Positions 1 to 10,649 of a stretch of 64,000 nucleotides of DNA are shown here, piece after piece. Source of the stretch: a virus; the IMG/VR virus record IMGVR_UViG_3300020045_010841, positions 1 through 64,000 of that record, one strand, 5' to 3'. The position numbers were made by a program, and so were the translations under genes. The notes under the pieces were generated by a model. That model saw only the letters and a list, made by a program, of their open reading frames with translations, had not been told where the DNA came from and made no database searches. How positions within the stretch are numbered: position 1 is the stretch's first letter; each line of letters starts with the position of its first letter.

Positions 1-3000
1 TTGCATTTGAACCGAAATATGATAACCCTAAACTGTTAATGGATGTTTCCCAATTATTGCCTTCTAAATCTATATTTGCCTCGTCTGCTGTTGCCGAGCC
101 TCTTGCGTCTATGTTTGCCCCGGTTTGTCCTCCATAAACATATAATTGTGATTCTGTTGGAATAGAAGAAACTTGTCCGATAGCTAATTGAGGTTGTGCA
201 GTAGAGCCTATGGGATTTGTAAAAAAAGCAAGCGTCTTGTTTTGATGGTTTTTTAAAAATAATGTACCTGATGTTGTGTTTTCAAAATAGCTATAATAAT
301 TATTTGTATTATTTTTTATAATAAATCTTGGAGCAGTACCGTTAACTTCAAGATAACTGTTGGTATTATCCCATAATATCCTTGAACTATCAGTTAGAGA
401 TGTTGTACTTGAAGTATATGGTATTCTTCCACTTGTAAACGCCCCCGCATTTGAAACTACCGAACTACTCAAAACCTTCTCAACAACCCCAGTACTCGTA
501 TTTCGTGTTAAAATGTCGTAAGTTCCTGCTGATGTTGTAGGGGCAGTTGATAAAGTTAAAGCAGTAGTTATAGTTGAGCCGTTTACTTGTAATTTGTTTA
601 CTCCATCATTCGTAGTGGTGTTAATTAAAATGTTTCCATCAAGAGCACTCACTATTCTTGATTTATATGTAGTTCCATCTGATACAAATATACCAGTTAA
701 ATCATATATAGAACCTATAGCATAAGCACCTAAAGTTGTCGCACTCCCTCCATTCAGTCCTGAAAAAACAACGCTTGATCCATTTATAGAAGTCCATCCT
801 GAATTTAATGCATATCTTGGATTACTTTCTGTTGAATAATAATAATTAAAAGCACCTCCGTTTAAGACATACTTGTCAATACTATTTCTTCCATAAATTA
901 TTGTACCACTACTAGCAGTTACTTGTAATCTATAAGTATCATCCGAACCTTTTATAGCAAGTAAATCAGCAGATTGAGAAACTGCTCCTTTTATAAGTAT
1001 TCCGTTTTTTGTAGTATCGCTTGAAACAACTTCTAATTTAGCCAGTGTAGGATTAGTTGTTCCTATCCCTACTAATGCATTACTATTAATTTTTAAAACA
1101 TTAGTACCATTTACTGCAAATTGGAAAACATTATGATTTCCTGTAATGCCATCGTTTATAGTAGCATTATTTGAAGTTCCAAACCATACACCTCCAGTTG
1201 AAGGAAAAACAACTTGTTTTGCAGATTGAACATATATTTCTAAAGCAGAAGTATTACCTCCACCAAAAAGAAATGCTTTATTTGCATTAGCATTTGTTGA
1301 ATTATATATCCCAAATTGAAGACTACTTAAACTATTGTTATTCCAAATAGTATATGATGAATAAGTACTTGGTTCTGTGTTTTTTACAGCAAGTCCTGTT
1401 GAATCAGAATATGCTAGGCTATTACTTAATGCACTAGTTCCTGCGAACTTAGGAATGTAATCAACCGTTCCTGTTCCTGTGATTGGGTTTGTTATTATAT
1501 CTTGTTTTAGATCTAATTGAGATTTAACAACTACTTGATTTGATGTTGTTGCTGGGCTTGCAGATATTGTTCCATTAACTTGTAGTTTATCAATTGTATT
1601 ATCAGTTGTCGAATTAATTAATAAATTTCCTGTAGTTTTAAATATAAAAGCGTTTGCTATGTTTGGAGATATATATATGTCTGTAGTTGCATAAAGAGTA
1701 GGTTTTAAACTGTTACTTCCCCAGTTTGTTAATCCTACCATATTATTGCCTCTCTGTGCATATATATCGCCATAAGAATGGATTGTTCCCGATGTTTCTA
1801 ATTGTGCTCCTGTTGGAGTTCTACCGATACCTACGAATCTATCAAATATAACATTATTTCCGGAGCTTTGTCCATTCACTATCATAGGATACCCCACTCC
1901 AGATTCAGTAATTCTATATTGAGTTGAACTACCATCTGTTCTCCATTTTAAAGTCCCACTAACTAAAAAATCTAATGCAGGGATAATAGTTGAATCTATA
2001 GATATATTATTTCCGAATTTTCCGCTTCCATTAACTTGCAATTTATCTACTCCGTTGTCTGTAGTGGTATTCAATAGGAAATTACCACCTATTGCAAATC
2101 TTGCTCGCTCTGTATTGTTTGTAGAAAAAATCATTCCGTGATTTGTAGTAACAACAAGCTCCATATTTCCTGAGGCTCCATTCCACATATTTATGTATCC
2201 ACTTTTACCATCAGATCCAAATGTTCCGTTTAAATTCTTTGAAAATATACCACCTGTTCCAATACTTGCCAATAAACCTGCTGTAGTGTCATAAAAATTA
2301 TATGAGCCAATTGAACTGCCTACCTGACTATAATTAGTATTAAATACAGGGCCTCTACCATCATCGTAATGATATGTTACATAATTTGAACTACTATTGT
2401 TAAATACTGTAAATCCTTTATTCCCAACACCATTTGTAATATTTGATTTGAAAACTGCCCCTCCGTTGACTTGTAAAGTGTTTGTACCGTCGTCTGTAGA
2501 AGTGTTTAAGAGTAAATTTCCATTTTGTTTTAAATGAAAAGCATCCGTGCTGGAAATTGTGTATAAATCTATCCCGGCTGCTCCATATAGTTTTGTTCCG
2601 TTAGTCCCATTAACATCTAATGACGAGAAGCCGCTTGTTCCTAAAAGAACCCCTCCTGCATCTACTTTTAAAACATTTTGAAACACCGCTGCCCCACCTC
2701 TATCTACATAGAAAGACTTTCCATTAAGCAGTGATTTTATTTGAAAAATATTTCCAGTTACAACTCCATTGTCTGTGTATTCCGCATAAAATCCACCATT
2801 ACCGTCGGTAGCGCCTAAATGAAATCCTTTTGTTGGAGTAGCTTTATTTATGCCTATCTTTCCATTTGATTCGGTTATAATGCTATTCCCCAACGTGCTA
2901 CTACCAGTAAATTTTGGTATTGTATTTATAGTTCCGCTTCCATTCACGGCATCAGTTATTCCATATCCGCTTAATGTAGTTGGCTTACTTTGCAAATCAG

Positions 3001-6000
3001 AAAAATTACGAGTAGTAAGTTGATTTAGATTTGCAAAGTTACCGGCATTCCAAACAATATTACCATTCATTAACATCCCATCAATGCTAGGGGCATTAAA
3101 ACTAAATAAGTCATCCGCTTCATTAGTCATAGTGAATATCATTCGAGTAGCTTCTCCACCTCCAGGATTTTCTAATGTGATAGAAGCAGTATCTCCTGTT
3201 CCTCCAAAGACGTTATTTGGAAATCTTACTCCATTAGTAACGCCCTCTTTCAAAATTAAAGTACCTGTTAAAGTACCTCCTGTTAAGGGAAGATATGATG
3301 TATTATCATATGATATTGTAGTACCACTTGCTTTTACAAAACCAGTACCATTTAATTGAGGTTGACCTCCTAATCCTACTAATGTGTATGTAGGTATATT
3401 TAATGTATTACCTATTAAAGTACTAGAACCGTTATTTCCTGTTACTGTAAGAGATGTAATTCTATTTGTATAAGCTGTGTTCCAGCTGGTTTGTTCTGTT
3501 GTAGTTGGAATAATATATCCAGAAGTTAAACTAAATACTCCTGTTGTATTATTATAATCTATTCCTGTTATAGTTTCAGATATTGATGCTCTTGAACGGG
3601 CATCTGTATAAAATAATTGATTTGGTCTACTTGGTAAAGATCCCGCCCCTTCTAATATATCTCCTGTTACTAATGATATAGTTCCTGTATAACCATTTAC
3701 TGATGAAACAGAGTCTGTATTATCTACTTTTCTCCAAACAGTACCATCAAATATAGCCCAGTCTCCTATTTTCCAGTCTGAAATTCCATTTAAATTTGTT
3801 GTACCATCAACATTTACTATATAATAGTAACCTTTTGTACCAACAGAAGAGGTTAATGTTGGAGTATTAGTCGAGGCATTCCATACTGATTGGAAAATTG
3901 CTCCTCCGACCATTGACGTAATTTGGTTTTGGATTTTCCCAAATGCAGTCAATATACTATCTGTCGATAATATAGAACCTCCAGTTATATTTAATCCAGA
4001 TAAAACTTTTCCTAAAACTGCACTATTAACTAATGTGGGGTTTGGATATGTACCAGCTAATTCTCCTCCCGCATTTATTCCAGATATATTAGTTAAATAT
4101 GTATTCGTATCATATGAAATAACTCCCGCAGTAGATTTTACAAAACCAGTACCACTTAAAGCACTTTGTTTATTATTGAAAGTATTCCAATCTGTATTAC
4201 TTAAATATCCGCTTTGAGATGTATTAGACTGTTGTATAGATATTGTTCTATCAGCAGTTAAATTTCCTCCTCCTAACAGTGGGGAAGTAGTATTTATGTT
4301 TCTTAAGTCTGTAGTTGGATTAAATCCATTATATGTTAATGCAGTTAAAGCTCCATTTCCGTTAATGGTTAAAGTATTAGTACCAACACCATTTTGGATT
4401 TCTAAAACATTATCTGTATCTGATATTGAACCTCTTCTTATTTGGAGAGCTCCCTTACTTGTTTCGGTTATTATTTGGGGCTGAGAAGAAACGTTGTATG
4501 CAACCTGCAAAGTAGTAGTAAGACCTCCAGTACTTCCGGTTCCCCCATTTCTATCAACATCTATAAATTGATAATCAATTCCAGCAATTCCTGTGCCTCC
4601 TGTTCCCCACGATGTTCCTTTTTTGAATATTATCCATCCTATATGCATACCATTTCGAACACCATTTGGGGAATCTATATATTGATCAGTATATATTCCT
4701 GTAATAGCAGCATCATAATTGGCATACTCTTTTTGACCTCTCTGCACCCTGATTAATGAACTTGGGAATTTCCAAACTTTGGCAGCACCAAATCTATTAT
4801 TATTTGCTAGAGGAGTTATAACACCACCAACATCAATATTATTTACATCAAATGTTTGTGTATCTGTACTCTCGGAATCGTCTCTATTTCTCATTCTAAA
4901 AGTAGAGTCTGTACTTCCATTTAATGATATTACGGGTCTTTTTGTTGTGTTACCTAAACCACTCTTTATTGCATTACCTCCAGAATGAGAAATTCGAGTA
5001 CCTGTTGTTCCGGCACTAACAACGTTAGTATATTTAAATTTATTAAAACCTAAATAATATAATATTTGATTAATATTAGTACCATTTCCCGATGAATAAT
5101 AAGGGAATGAATTGGTTACATTAATAGTAGTAAGATTAGAATGCACTAAAACCCAATATCCTATTATATTATCTAGGGATACAGGATCGGGAGGTGTTAG
5201 ACTTTGTATAACAGTATTCGAAGAATCTACCCACACATAACTTTCAGTTTGTGTATTAATATATGTAGCAGAAATACCTGAAGTATTATTTACTAATATG
5301 GGGGTCGGGATGAAAGTAGTTGGATCAACAATTTCTCCCACAACAAATATATCAAATTTAGTTGGATCTCCAGCATGAATAGATATACCTGATCCACTGA
5401 TGAATCTTGTTGATTGTATATAGTTTGATTGTTTTTGTAATAAACTTACAGAATTTTGTATACTAGAAGAAACATTTACTCTATTCCAAGTAATATTAGG
5501 GTCGAATCCTGTTAAAACTGTTGCTCTAACATCTGTAGATAAATCTCGGAATGTTTTGTTCCCAGACCAGAAATCTGTTATATTACCAGAACCACTTATA
5601 TTTGGCTCTTTTGTTAATAAAGCATTATATACAGCATTTTCACTAGGAGCTTTATTTATTATTCCAGGTGTAATAGAATTTTCTATGTCACCAACATATA
5701 AAAAGTTTCCATCTGTTAATGAAGCGTCGTATTGTGCTTTAGAGCCCGATATTCCTACTATGGTTGTCTGATCTCCACTATTTGAACCAGATAAATTTTG
5801 AATATTAAGTAATTCAAGATCCGTTACATATCTTCTATCAATACTAGACGATATATCTGATGTGGTTGCTTCGCTACCACTTACTACTAATCCTTTATTA
5901 TCATACGTTATTTTAGTGTGTGTACTACCACTTATTGGGGAGTTTTTATCTACTTTATTAGCTAAAGCATAGTAAACAGCATCTTGAGAAGGGGCAGAAT

Positions 6001-6148
6001 CTACTATTCCCGGGAATATACTATTTTGTACTTTAGAATCAGCGTATGCAGTTGTAGCTAAACTACCTGTATTATAACTACCAGTAGGGAAATTTAAATC
6101 TCTTAATTTAATAATCTCCCTACTGTTTATCTCTCTTTTTTGTCTCAT
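1..6148 (-). CDS. Long tail fibre / receptor-binding protein, 3'-truncated at the window edge (>2040 aa)
   Basis: Missing from the ORF track, consistent with no in-frame stop inside the window. ATG at 6148 gives MRQKREINSREIIKLRDLNFPTGSYNTGSL...; the frame is still open at position 2 (..GLSYFGSNA). Gly/Thr/Ser/Asn-rich, with fibre motifs YLPLTGGTLTG, KPTTLSGYGITDA, WNASTNTPTL..VGTKGYYYIV and repeated NxTTDxGxxKLQVNG. Confidence 0.88.
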   Translation of the reverse strand, partial: MRQKREINSREIIKLRDLNFPTGSYNTGSLATTAYADSKVQNSIFPGIVDSAPSQDAVYYALANKVDKNSPISGSTHTKITYDNKGLVVSGSEATTSDISSSIDRRYVTDLELLNIQNLSGSNSGDQTTIVGISGSKAQYDASLTDGNFLYVGDIENSITPGIINKAPSENAVYNALLTKEPNISGSGNITDFWSGNKTFRDLSTDVRATVLTGFDPNITWNRVNVSSSIQNSVSLLQKQSNYIQSTRFISGSGISIHAGDPTKFDIFVVGEIVDPTTFIPTPILVNNTSGISATYINTQTESYVWVDSSNTVIQSLTPPDPVSLDNIIGYWVLVHSNLTTINVTNSFPYYSSGNGTNINQILYYLGFNKFKYTNVVSAGTTGTRISHSGGNAIKSGLGNTTKRPVISLNGSTDSTFRMRNRDDSESTDTQTFDVNNIDVGGVITPLANNNRFGAAKVWKFPSSLIRVQRGQKEYANYDAAITGIYTDQYIDSPNGVRNGMHIGWIIFKKGTSWGTGGTGIAGIDYQFIDVDRNGGTGSTGGLTTTLQVAYNVSSQPQIITETSKGALQIRRGSISDTDNVLEIQNGVGTNTLTINGNGALTALTYNGFNPTTDLRNINTTSPLLGGGNLTADRTISIQQSNTSQSGYLSNTDWNTFNNKQSALSGTGFVKSTAGVISYDTNTYLTNISGINAGGELAGTYPNPTLVNSAVLGKVLSGLNITGGSILSTDSILTAFGKIQNQITSMVGGAIFQSVWNASTNTPTLTSSVGTKGYYYIVNVDGTTNLNGISDWKIGDWAIFDGTVWRKVDNTDSVSSVNGYTGTISLVTGDILEGAGSLPSRPNQLFYTDARSRASISETITGIDYNNTTGVFSLTSGYIIPTTTEQTSWNTAYTNRITSLTVTGNNGSSTLIGNTLNIPTYTLVGLGGQPQLNGTGFVKASGTTISYDNTSYLPLTGGTLTGTLILKEGVTNGVRFPNNVFGGTGDTASITLENPGGGEATRMIFTMTNEADDLFSFNAPSIDGMLMNGNIVWNAGNFANLNQLTTRNFSDLQSKPTTLSGYGITDAVNGSGTINTIPKFTGSSTLGNSIITESNGKIGINKATPTKGFHLGATDGNGGFYAEYTDNGVVTGNIFQIKSLLNGKSFYVDRGGAAVFQNVLKVDAGGVLLGTSGFSSLDVNGTNGTKLYGAAGIDLYTISSTDAFHLKQNGNLLLNTSTDDGTNTLQVNGGAVFKSNITNGVGNKGFTVFNNSSSNYVTYHYDDGRGPVFNTNYSQVGSSIGSYNFYDTTAGLLASIGTGGIFSKNLNGTFGSDGKSGYINMWNGASGNMELVVTTNHGMIFSTNNTERARFAIGGNFLLNTTTDNGVDKLQVNGSGKFGNNISIDSTIIPALDFLVSGTLKWRTDGSSTQYRITESGVGYPMIVNGQSSGNNVIFDRFVGIGRTPTGAQLETSGTIHSYGDIYAQRGNNMVGLTNWGSNSLKPTLYATTDIYISPNIANAFIFKTTGNLLINSTTDNTIDKLQVNGTISASPATTSNQVVVKSQLDLKQDIITNPITGTGTVDYIPKFAGTSALSNSLAYSDSTGLAVKNTEPSTYSSYTIWNNNSLSSLQFGIYNSTNANANKAFLFGGGNTSALEIYVQSAKQVVFPSTGGVWFGTSNNATINDGITGNHNVFQFAVNGTNVLKINSNALVGIGTTNPTLAKLEVVSSDTTKNGILIKGAVSQSADLLAIKGSDDTYRLQVTASSGTIIYGRNSIDKYVLNGGAFNYYYSTESNPRYALNSGWTSINGSSVVFSGLNGGSATTLGAYAIGSIYDLTGIFVSDGTTYKSRIVSALDGNILINTTTNDGVNKLQVNGSTITTALTLSTAPTTSAGTYDILTRNTSTGVVEKVLSSSVVSNAGAFTSGRIPYTSSTTSLTDSSRILWDNTNSYLEVNGTAPRFIIKNNTNNYYSYFENTTSGTLFLKNHQNKTLAFFTNPIGSTAQPQLAIGQVSSIPTESQLYVYGGQTGANIDARGSATADEANIDLEGNNWETSINSLGLSYFGSNA
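578..2515 (-). repeat. Four dispersed L(I/L)NxTTDxGxxKLQVNG peptide repeats in the tail fibre
   Basis: LLNTSTDDGTNTLQVNG (~2462-2512), LLNTTTDNGVDKLQVNG (~2028-2078), LINSTTDNTIDKLQVNG (~1572-1622), LINTTTNDGVNKLQVNG (~579-629). Confidence 0.8.
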
Positions 6149-6164
6149 TAAACCATATATTTCG

Positions 6165-6172
6165 TATAAATA
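6165..6172 (-). promoter_or_regulatory. Putative late promoter TATTTATA upstream of the tail fibre
   Basis: The same octamer recurs in short intergenic gaps just upstream of structural genes. Confidence 0.55.
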
Positions 6173-6186
6173 TTATACATATTTAA

Positions 6187-7068
6187 TTATAACAAAGATT
6201 CTTTAAAAACTATTTTTGTAATATTAAATGATTTACTTGATGGAGCAGCACTAGCTACGTTAATTGTATTGGGGATTATATAACCATTTACTGTTAAAGT
6301 TAAATCCGAACGAGATGCTCTATCTCCTCCTCCCTCCACCATAATTGGTGTTGGAAAAGATGTAATACTCGCTTTAAACATGAACCTTTCCTTATCTCCC
6401 CAATATGAATCAGAAGCGAATTCAATAGCTTCAATCAATTTACTCATATGTTCTACATAATCAGTAAATATGGTAAGTTTATAAGTAATTGTTACATAAT
6501 CTGGTATAATACCTACTTTATATTCAACAGAGGGTTTTTGGTTTTGAAGAACAGAAAAGTTATCATATGAGTTTCTTTTACTATATCCTTGTTTAAAATA
6601 TTGAACGTTATTTACTTTATTACCATCTAATTTATTACCTATCGATCTATTTTTTTCAAATGATTCTCGCTTAAGTATTATTAATGGTATTTGGGCTTTG
6701 CCATTTTTATCGCGATAAAAACCGTCTTTCTGTACAGACTTCCATCTTTCAGGGGAACCGTATATAACAGGTACTTCGCGTTGATTTCCGTTGATCGATA
6801 CTGTTGGTTTAATATTATTTTGTAAATAATATAAAATAGTTTCATCGTGATCTTCTAATGATATACGAAAATCACTTACAGTATCTCCTTTTAATGAAAT
6901 TTCATTCGCACGAACAAAGTTTGGTTGTCCTGGATTGGTAGGAATTGATTCTTGAGTATTATTAGAATATGGTTGTAGAGTTTGTTCCGGAATAACATAC
7001 GAATCATGTAAGTTAGTTAAGAATTGCTCTCTATTTATTGGAGTTGGTTTATCTCTATTTTTAGCCAT
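6187..7068 (-). CDS. Tail terminator / sheath stabiliser, T4 gp15-like
   Basis: VPVIYGSPERW...PLI and PDYVTITYKLTIFTDY motifs; position after the neck genes. Confidence 0.7.
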   Translation of the reverse strand: MAKNRDKPTPINREQFLTNLHDSYVIPEQTLQPYSNNTQESIPTNPGQPNFVRANEISLKGDTVSDFRISLEDHDETILYYLQNNIKPTVSINGNQREVPVIYGSPERWKSVQKDGFYRDKNGKAQIPLIILKRESFEKNRSIGNKLDGNKVNNVQYFKQGYSKRNSYDNFSVLQNQKPSVEYKVGIIPDYVTITYKLTIFTDYVEHMSKLIEAIEFASDSYWGDKERFMFKASITSFPTPIMVEGGGDRASRSDLTLTVNGYIIPNTINVASAAPSSKSFNITKIVFKESLL

Positions 7069-7931
7069 TATTTAATATTTACATCTTTATTATATACTAA
7101 TAAATAATGAGTTCTTCCATCATCTATTAATTCTGCAGAATTTCCTAAATATTTTATAGCTTCATCGAAATCATCATTATCCGCATCTTCTATAGAAAAA
7201 TTGTTTTCATCATCACCCCAATAACCATATAGTCTTTTTCCATCTTTTAATGGAATATAAGGTTGTTCCCCATCAATATAAACTACAGGTTTATTAGGAT
7301 TATTTACTTTTATTTCATTTAGTACACCAACAATTTGTTTTACTATTTTATTTCTATCTTCCTTTACTACTGTACGTGAAAATTTATTACGTAATGTTTT
7401 TAAATCTCTTATTAATGAATTTAATTTAGGACGGGAATGGAAATCTTTAAGATGAATTGCTTCAAATTTATTTAATAATTTAGTTAAATCATCCCATATT
7501 TCTTTATCGGATATTTCTTTTTTAATATTCCAAGTTACTGATTGAGTAGTCGGGTCAACATCTGTAACAGTTGATTTATGTCCTCCTGCTTGGGTGGTTT
7601 GACCTACTTTAAATTTAGAAACGTCTTCTTGCAATCCTTTTAGTATATGGTCTTTAGTTTCTTCTACTTGGGATTTATCTCCTGAATATAACCATTCTAA
7701 AGCATCGTCTAAGTCTTGTATTGTATCGGTATTTTCGACTTTATCTAAATAATTATTAAAGTCTTCAATTTCATTTTCTCCTATATTTTCTCTATAGTTT
7801 TCAAACTCTTCCTCAACACCTAATCTTAATTCGTAAAATTCTTCCATACTTAATCCCTTAGTAAGAGGATTATTTACTTTAACTTCAGTAATTATTCCAG
7901 CTAATTGCTGTAATCTTTTTATTTCTTCCAT
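7068..7931 (-). CDS. Putative internal head polyprotein: RLQQLAGI leader plus two KVNNP modules
   Basis: Starts [22 protein letters not shown]; second tag LNEIKVNNP at ~7297-7316. Confidence 0.75.
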   Translation of the reverse strand: MEEIKRLQQLAGIITEVKVNNPLTKGLSMEEFYELRLGVEEEFENYRENIGENEIEDFNNYLDKVENTDTIQDLDDALEWLYSGDKSQVEETKDHILKGLQEDVSKFKVGQTTQAGGHKSTVTDVDPTTQSVTWNIKKEISDKEIWDDLTKLLNKFEAIHLKDFHSRPKLNSLIRDLKTLRNKFSRTVVKEDRNKIVKQIVGVLNEIKVNNPNKPVVYIDGEQPYIPLKDGKRLYGYWGDDENNFSIEDADNDDFDEAIKYLGNSAELIDDGRTHYLLVYNKDVNIK

Positions 7932-8428
7932 TATATTCTTTCTTCTTTAAGTCCTAGTTTCTCAGCGCGTGTATAATGCGCAGAACAAATGATACTAAGC
8001 GATGCTCCCGTATCTTCAACACCATCACCAACTTTATAAGCATAGTCTTTATCTCGCCCTGTTATTAATTGATTTTCATCAACGTTATCTATTTCAAAAT
8101 ATTCTTCATTCCATAACATTATATCACCTATCATAGGTACAACACCTGCCTGTTCGAGGTGTAATTTTAAAAAACGAACTGTAAGGGGACGTTGCCTATC
8201 TTGACCTTCATCTCCATCTGTTGTATTATATGAACCTCTTTCAATAAGACAATTTATAAGTACTGGTCCTATAAATGTTTTATTTAAACTTTCACCATAT
8301 ATATTGGTTGGAGAGTTTTGAATGTCGGCTGAGTAATAACCCACTTTTTGTTCAATAACTTGACCTAAAAGTTCTTTATTTATATTGTAGAAAAAATCTA
8401 CGTCGCGAGATCTTCCAAAAAAGCTCAT
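7931..8428 (-). CDS. Head closure / neck protein, T4 gp14-like
   Basis: NIYGES, P-x-IGDI-x-x-W-x-x-x-YFEI motifs; synteny with the adaptor and tail terminator. Confidence 0.7.
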   Translation of the reverse strand: MSFFGRSRDVDFFYNINKELLGQVIEQKVGYYSADIQNSPTNIYGESLNKTFIGPVLINCLIERGSYNTTDGDEGQDRQRPLTVRFLKLHLEQAGVVPMIGDIMLWNEEYFEIDNVDENQLITGRDKDYAYKVGDGVEDTGASLSIICSAHYTRAEKLGLKEERI

Positions 8429-9114
8429 AATACATCAATTTTAAATTTCCATATAAACCCACCACATTTTTTCCCTTTATTATTACATACACCATTAATT
8501 CCAGCTTGTTGTAAATTTAATTTTCTGGAAGCTTCTTTCCCACTAGGCCATTCTTTTATAAAATTGTTATTTAAATCATATTGTATAACAGATTTGTTTT
8601 TAGCCTTAACAACTGCTTCTATATGGCAACTTCTAGGTACTCCTTTATTTTTATAGGTTTTATTTACTATATGAGGGCTCCCTTTCCTAGATTTAGACAT
8701 ACTTTCTTTATGTTTATCAGAAAATAACATCCCTTTTCTTCCCTCACTTATATTAATTTTAGTTTGATCAGATTGGGGTACGCCCTTTTTAGTATTACTA
8801 ATTTTTAATTTGGTTTCTTCAGACCTTTTTCCAGATTGAGAATTTGTTTTTGTTAAAACACAATTCAATCCTTCCTCTAATACATTATAATAATCCTGCC
8901 AATAGCGTTCTCTTATATTTAGTTGTGTTATATCACATTCTTCTATTACTTCAAAAAAATGATTTTTAACACCATATTTAATAAATGAATTGTATAATCT
9001 ATTTTTATTTTTCCCTAAAACCAGTCTATGTTCTTTCCATCTATTCTCTATATTAATAGATTGACCTATATAAATACGATTTAAGGGAGAGGTAATTTTA
9101 TAAATTCCTATCAT
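8425..9114 (-). CDS. Free-standing GIY-YIG homing endonuclease with NUMOD3-like repeats and a C-terminal NUMOD1/IENR1-like domain
   Basis: GIYKIT..IYIGQS..RW.EH; SEETKLKIS / SDQTKINIS / SDKHKESMS repeats; VIQYDL..FIKEWPS..EASR...GGFIWKF. Confidence 0.9.
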   Translation of the reverse strand: MIGIYKITSPLNRIYIGQSINIENRWKEHRLVLGKNKNRLYNSFIKYGVKNHFFEVIEECDITQLNIRERYWQDYYNVLEEGLNCVLTKTNSQSGKRSEETKLKISNTKKGVPQSDQTKINISEGRKGMLFSDKHKESMSKSRKGSPHIVNKTYKNKGVPRSCHIEAVVKAKNKSVIQYDLNNNFIKEWPSGKEASRKLNLQQAGINGVCNNKGKKCGGFIWKFKIDVL

Positions 9115-9130
9115 ATTATATTATATTATA

Positions 9131-9415
9131 TTATATTTTATTTAAAGCCATATCTATATAATCTTGAATCATTCCCTCATCTCCGAATAAATAGTCAGAT
9201 AATATCTCTCTTATTCCTTCTTCGTCTTCCTGCTTATTTATGTCTTGAATATGATCGTTGATTCCTATTACTTGGTGCTCATCATCAGTAAATTCTTTAT
9301 CTCCTTCTAATACATGTTCTAGACCTCTTTTTAATACTGAAAGCCTATCTGGTTTATTTACTTTTACTTCAGTAATAATACCAGCTAATTGTTGTAGTCG
9401 TTTTATTTCGTTCAT
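9131..9415 (-). CDS. Small acidic protein: RLQQLAGI leader plus a KVNKP module
   Basis: Starts MNEIKRLQQLAGIITEVKVNKP; TAATG overlap with the upstream gene. Confidence 0.8.
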   Translation of the reverse strand: MNEIKRLQQLAGIITEVKVNKPDRLSVLKRGLEHVLEGDKEFTDDEHQVIGINDHIQDINKQEDEEGIREILSDYLFGDEGMIQDYIDMALNKI

Positions 9416-10584
9416 TATCCTACGTATATTAACATAGGGAAACTATTTAGTGTCCCTTGTATTGAATCGTTTTCTTCTTTTCTTCTTGCCAATTGTGCTT
9501 TACGAGAGGTTTCATCTAAATCTGCTCTTAATTTTTCAATTAATGCTAATCTTTCATTTACTGAAGTAGATAATAAATCACCTTGATTTAATGTAGCTTC
9601 AGCACCCGGAATTGGTACTACACTATATTTTCCACGTATAAAAGCTAACATTTCTTTAGCTAAAGCTACTGCATATTCAAATACCCAATATCTTCCTGGT
9701 CCGTTTATTTGACCGTATACTGGATTATTATATGGAACGTTTGACATATTAGTTACTAATCCTGGTCCATATCCGAACGCCCCTTGAGGAGGAGTTATTG
9801 CATTTTTTTCACTATTTTTTACATATTTAAAGAATAAAGGTCTATCTGATGTAGGTATAGGGAATATTTTTAATTTATTATTTATTATTTCGAATGAAAA
9901 TCCAGATTTACGTACCATATCATTTAATTCAATAGCTTGTATTACGGATATATCAAAATTTAATGGCATTAACATAAAGTTAATTGCAGGACTTTGCGTT
10001 CCAAACCCAAATGAATCTAATAATTGTTGAGTACCATATCCTGTTCCAGCGTATGGATCAAAATATCTGTTTATTGCTGGTATATTTTCGTAGAATATTT
10101 GTTTTATTTCAATATTATCTCCTGGAGATAATGATGCCGATAATGATGCCCACTCAGTCATATCATAATCCTGTTCCCCCATTCTCAAATTTATAGTACC
10201 ACTATAATAAGTTGTAGTACCCCCAACCCCAACTTCTGAACCATAGTCAGAAGCTATTCTAATTACATTTCCTACTCCGGGGTTTATTACTTGGTTATTT
10301 ATTGCAGATCCTGTTGATGAAGCTTCTAACGCTAAATAATTATTTCTGATTTGGTATAGGTAAACTTCATTACCGTATGTAGTTACTGCTTCTTCAAAAC
10401 AAGTAAAAAATTGGTCTGCACCCATTTCTACATCTAGAGAAGGAAAACCTAACCTTGTAGCACAAAAATTTGCTACTTTAAGAGCGTCTGCTCTAAATAC
10501 GGGATCATTATCATAAAAACCGAAAGGGGTTGATGACCCCGAGTTAAAAATCGGTGATCCGTTCCATATCATTGAATTAGCCAT
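9415..10584 (-). CDS. Head-tail adaptor / neck protein, T4 gp13-like
   Basis: RLGFPSLDVEM, WVFEYAVALAKEML..IRGKY..PIPG...LN..DL motifs; follows the capsid gene and PhoH. Confidence 0.75.
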   Translation of the reverse strand: MANSMIWNGSPIFNSGSSTPFGFYDNDPVFRADALKVANFCATRLGFPSLDVEMGADQFFTCFEEAVTTYGNEVYLYQIRNNYLALEASSTGSAINNQVINPGVGNVIRIASDYGSEVGVGGTTTYYSGTINLRMGEQDYDMTEWASLSASLSPGDNIEIKQIFYENIPAINRYFDPYAGTGYGTQQLLDSFGFGTQSPAINFMLMPLNFDISVIQAIELNDMVRKSGFSFEIINNKLKIFPIPTSDRPLFFKYVKNSEKNAITPPQGAFGYGPGLVTNMSNVPYNNPVYGQINGPGRYWVFEYAVALAKEMLAFIRGKYSVVPIPGAEATLNQGDLLSTSVNERLALIEKLRADLDETSRKAQLARRKEENDSIQGTLNSFPMLIYVG

Positions 10585-10596
10585 TTATTATTTTAA

Positions 10597-10604
10597 TATA
10601 AATA
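10597..10604 (-). promoter_or_regulatory. Putative late promoter TATTTATA upstream of the neck gene
   Basis: Recurrent octamer 12 nt upstream of the ATG. Confidence 0.55.
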
Positions 10605-10616
10605 TATAGATAAATT

Positions 10617-10644
10617 AGAAAAATAAAGGCATCTATTGATGCCT
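10617..10644 (-). terminator. Intrinsic terminator after phoH
   Basis: AGGCATC-AATA-GATGCCT hairpin followed by TTATTTTTC on the minus strand. Confidence 0.7.
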
Positions 10645-10649
10645 AATAT

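Noticed and set aside
8425-9114. Group I intron around the GIY-YIG gene
   Set aside because: Flanking genes look complete, the ORF overlaps the next start codon, and there is no non-coding room for a ribozyme core.
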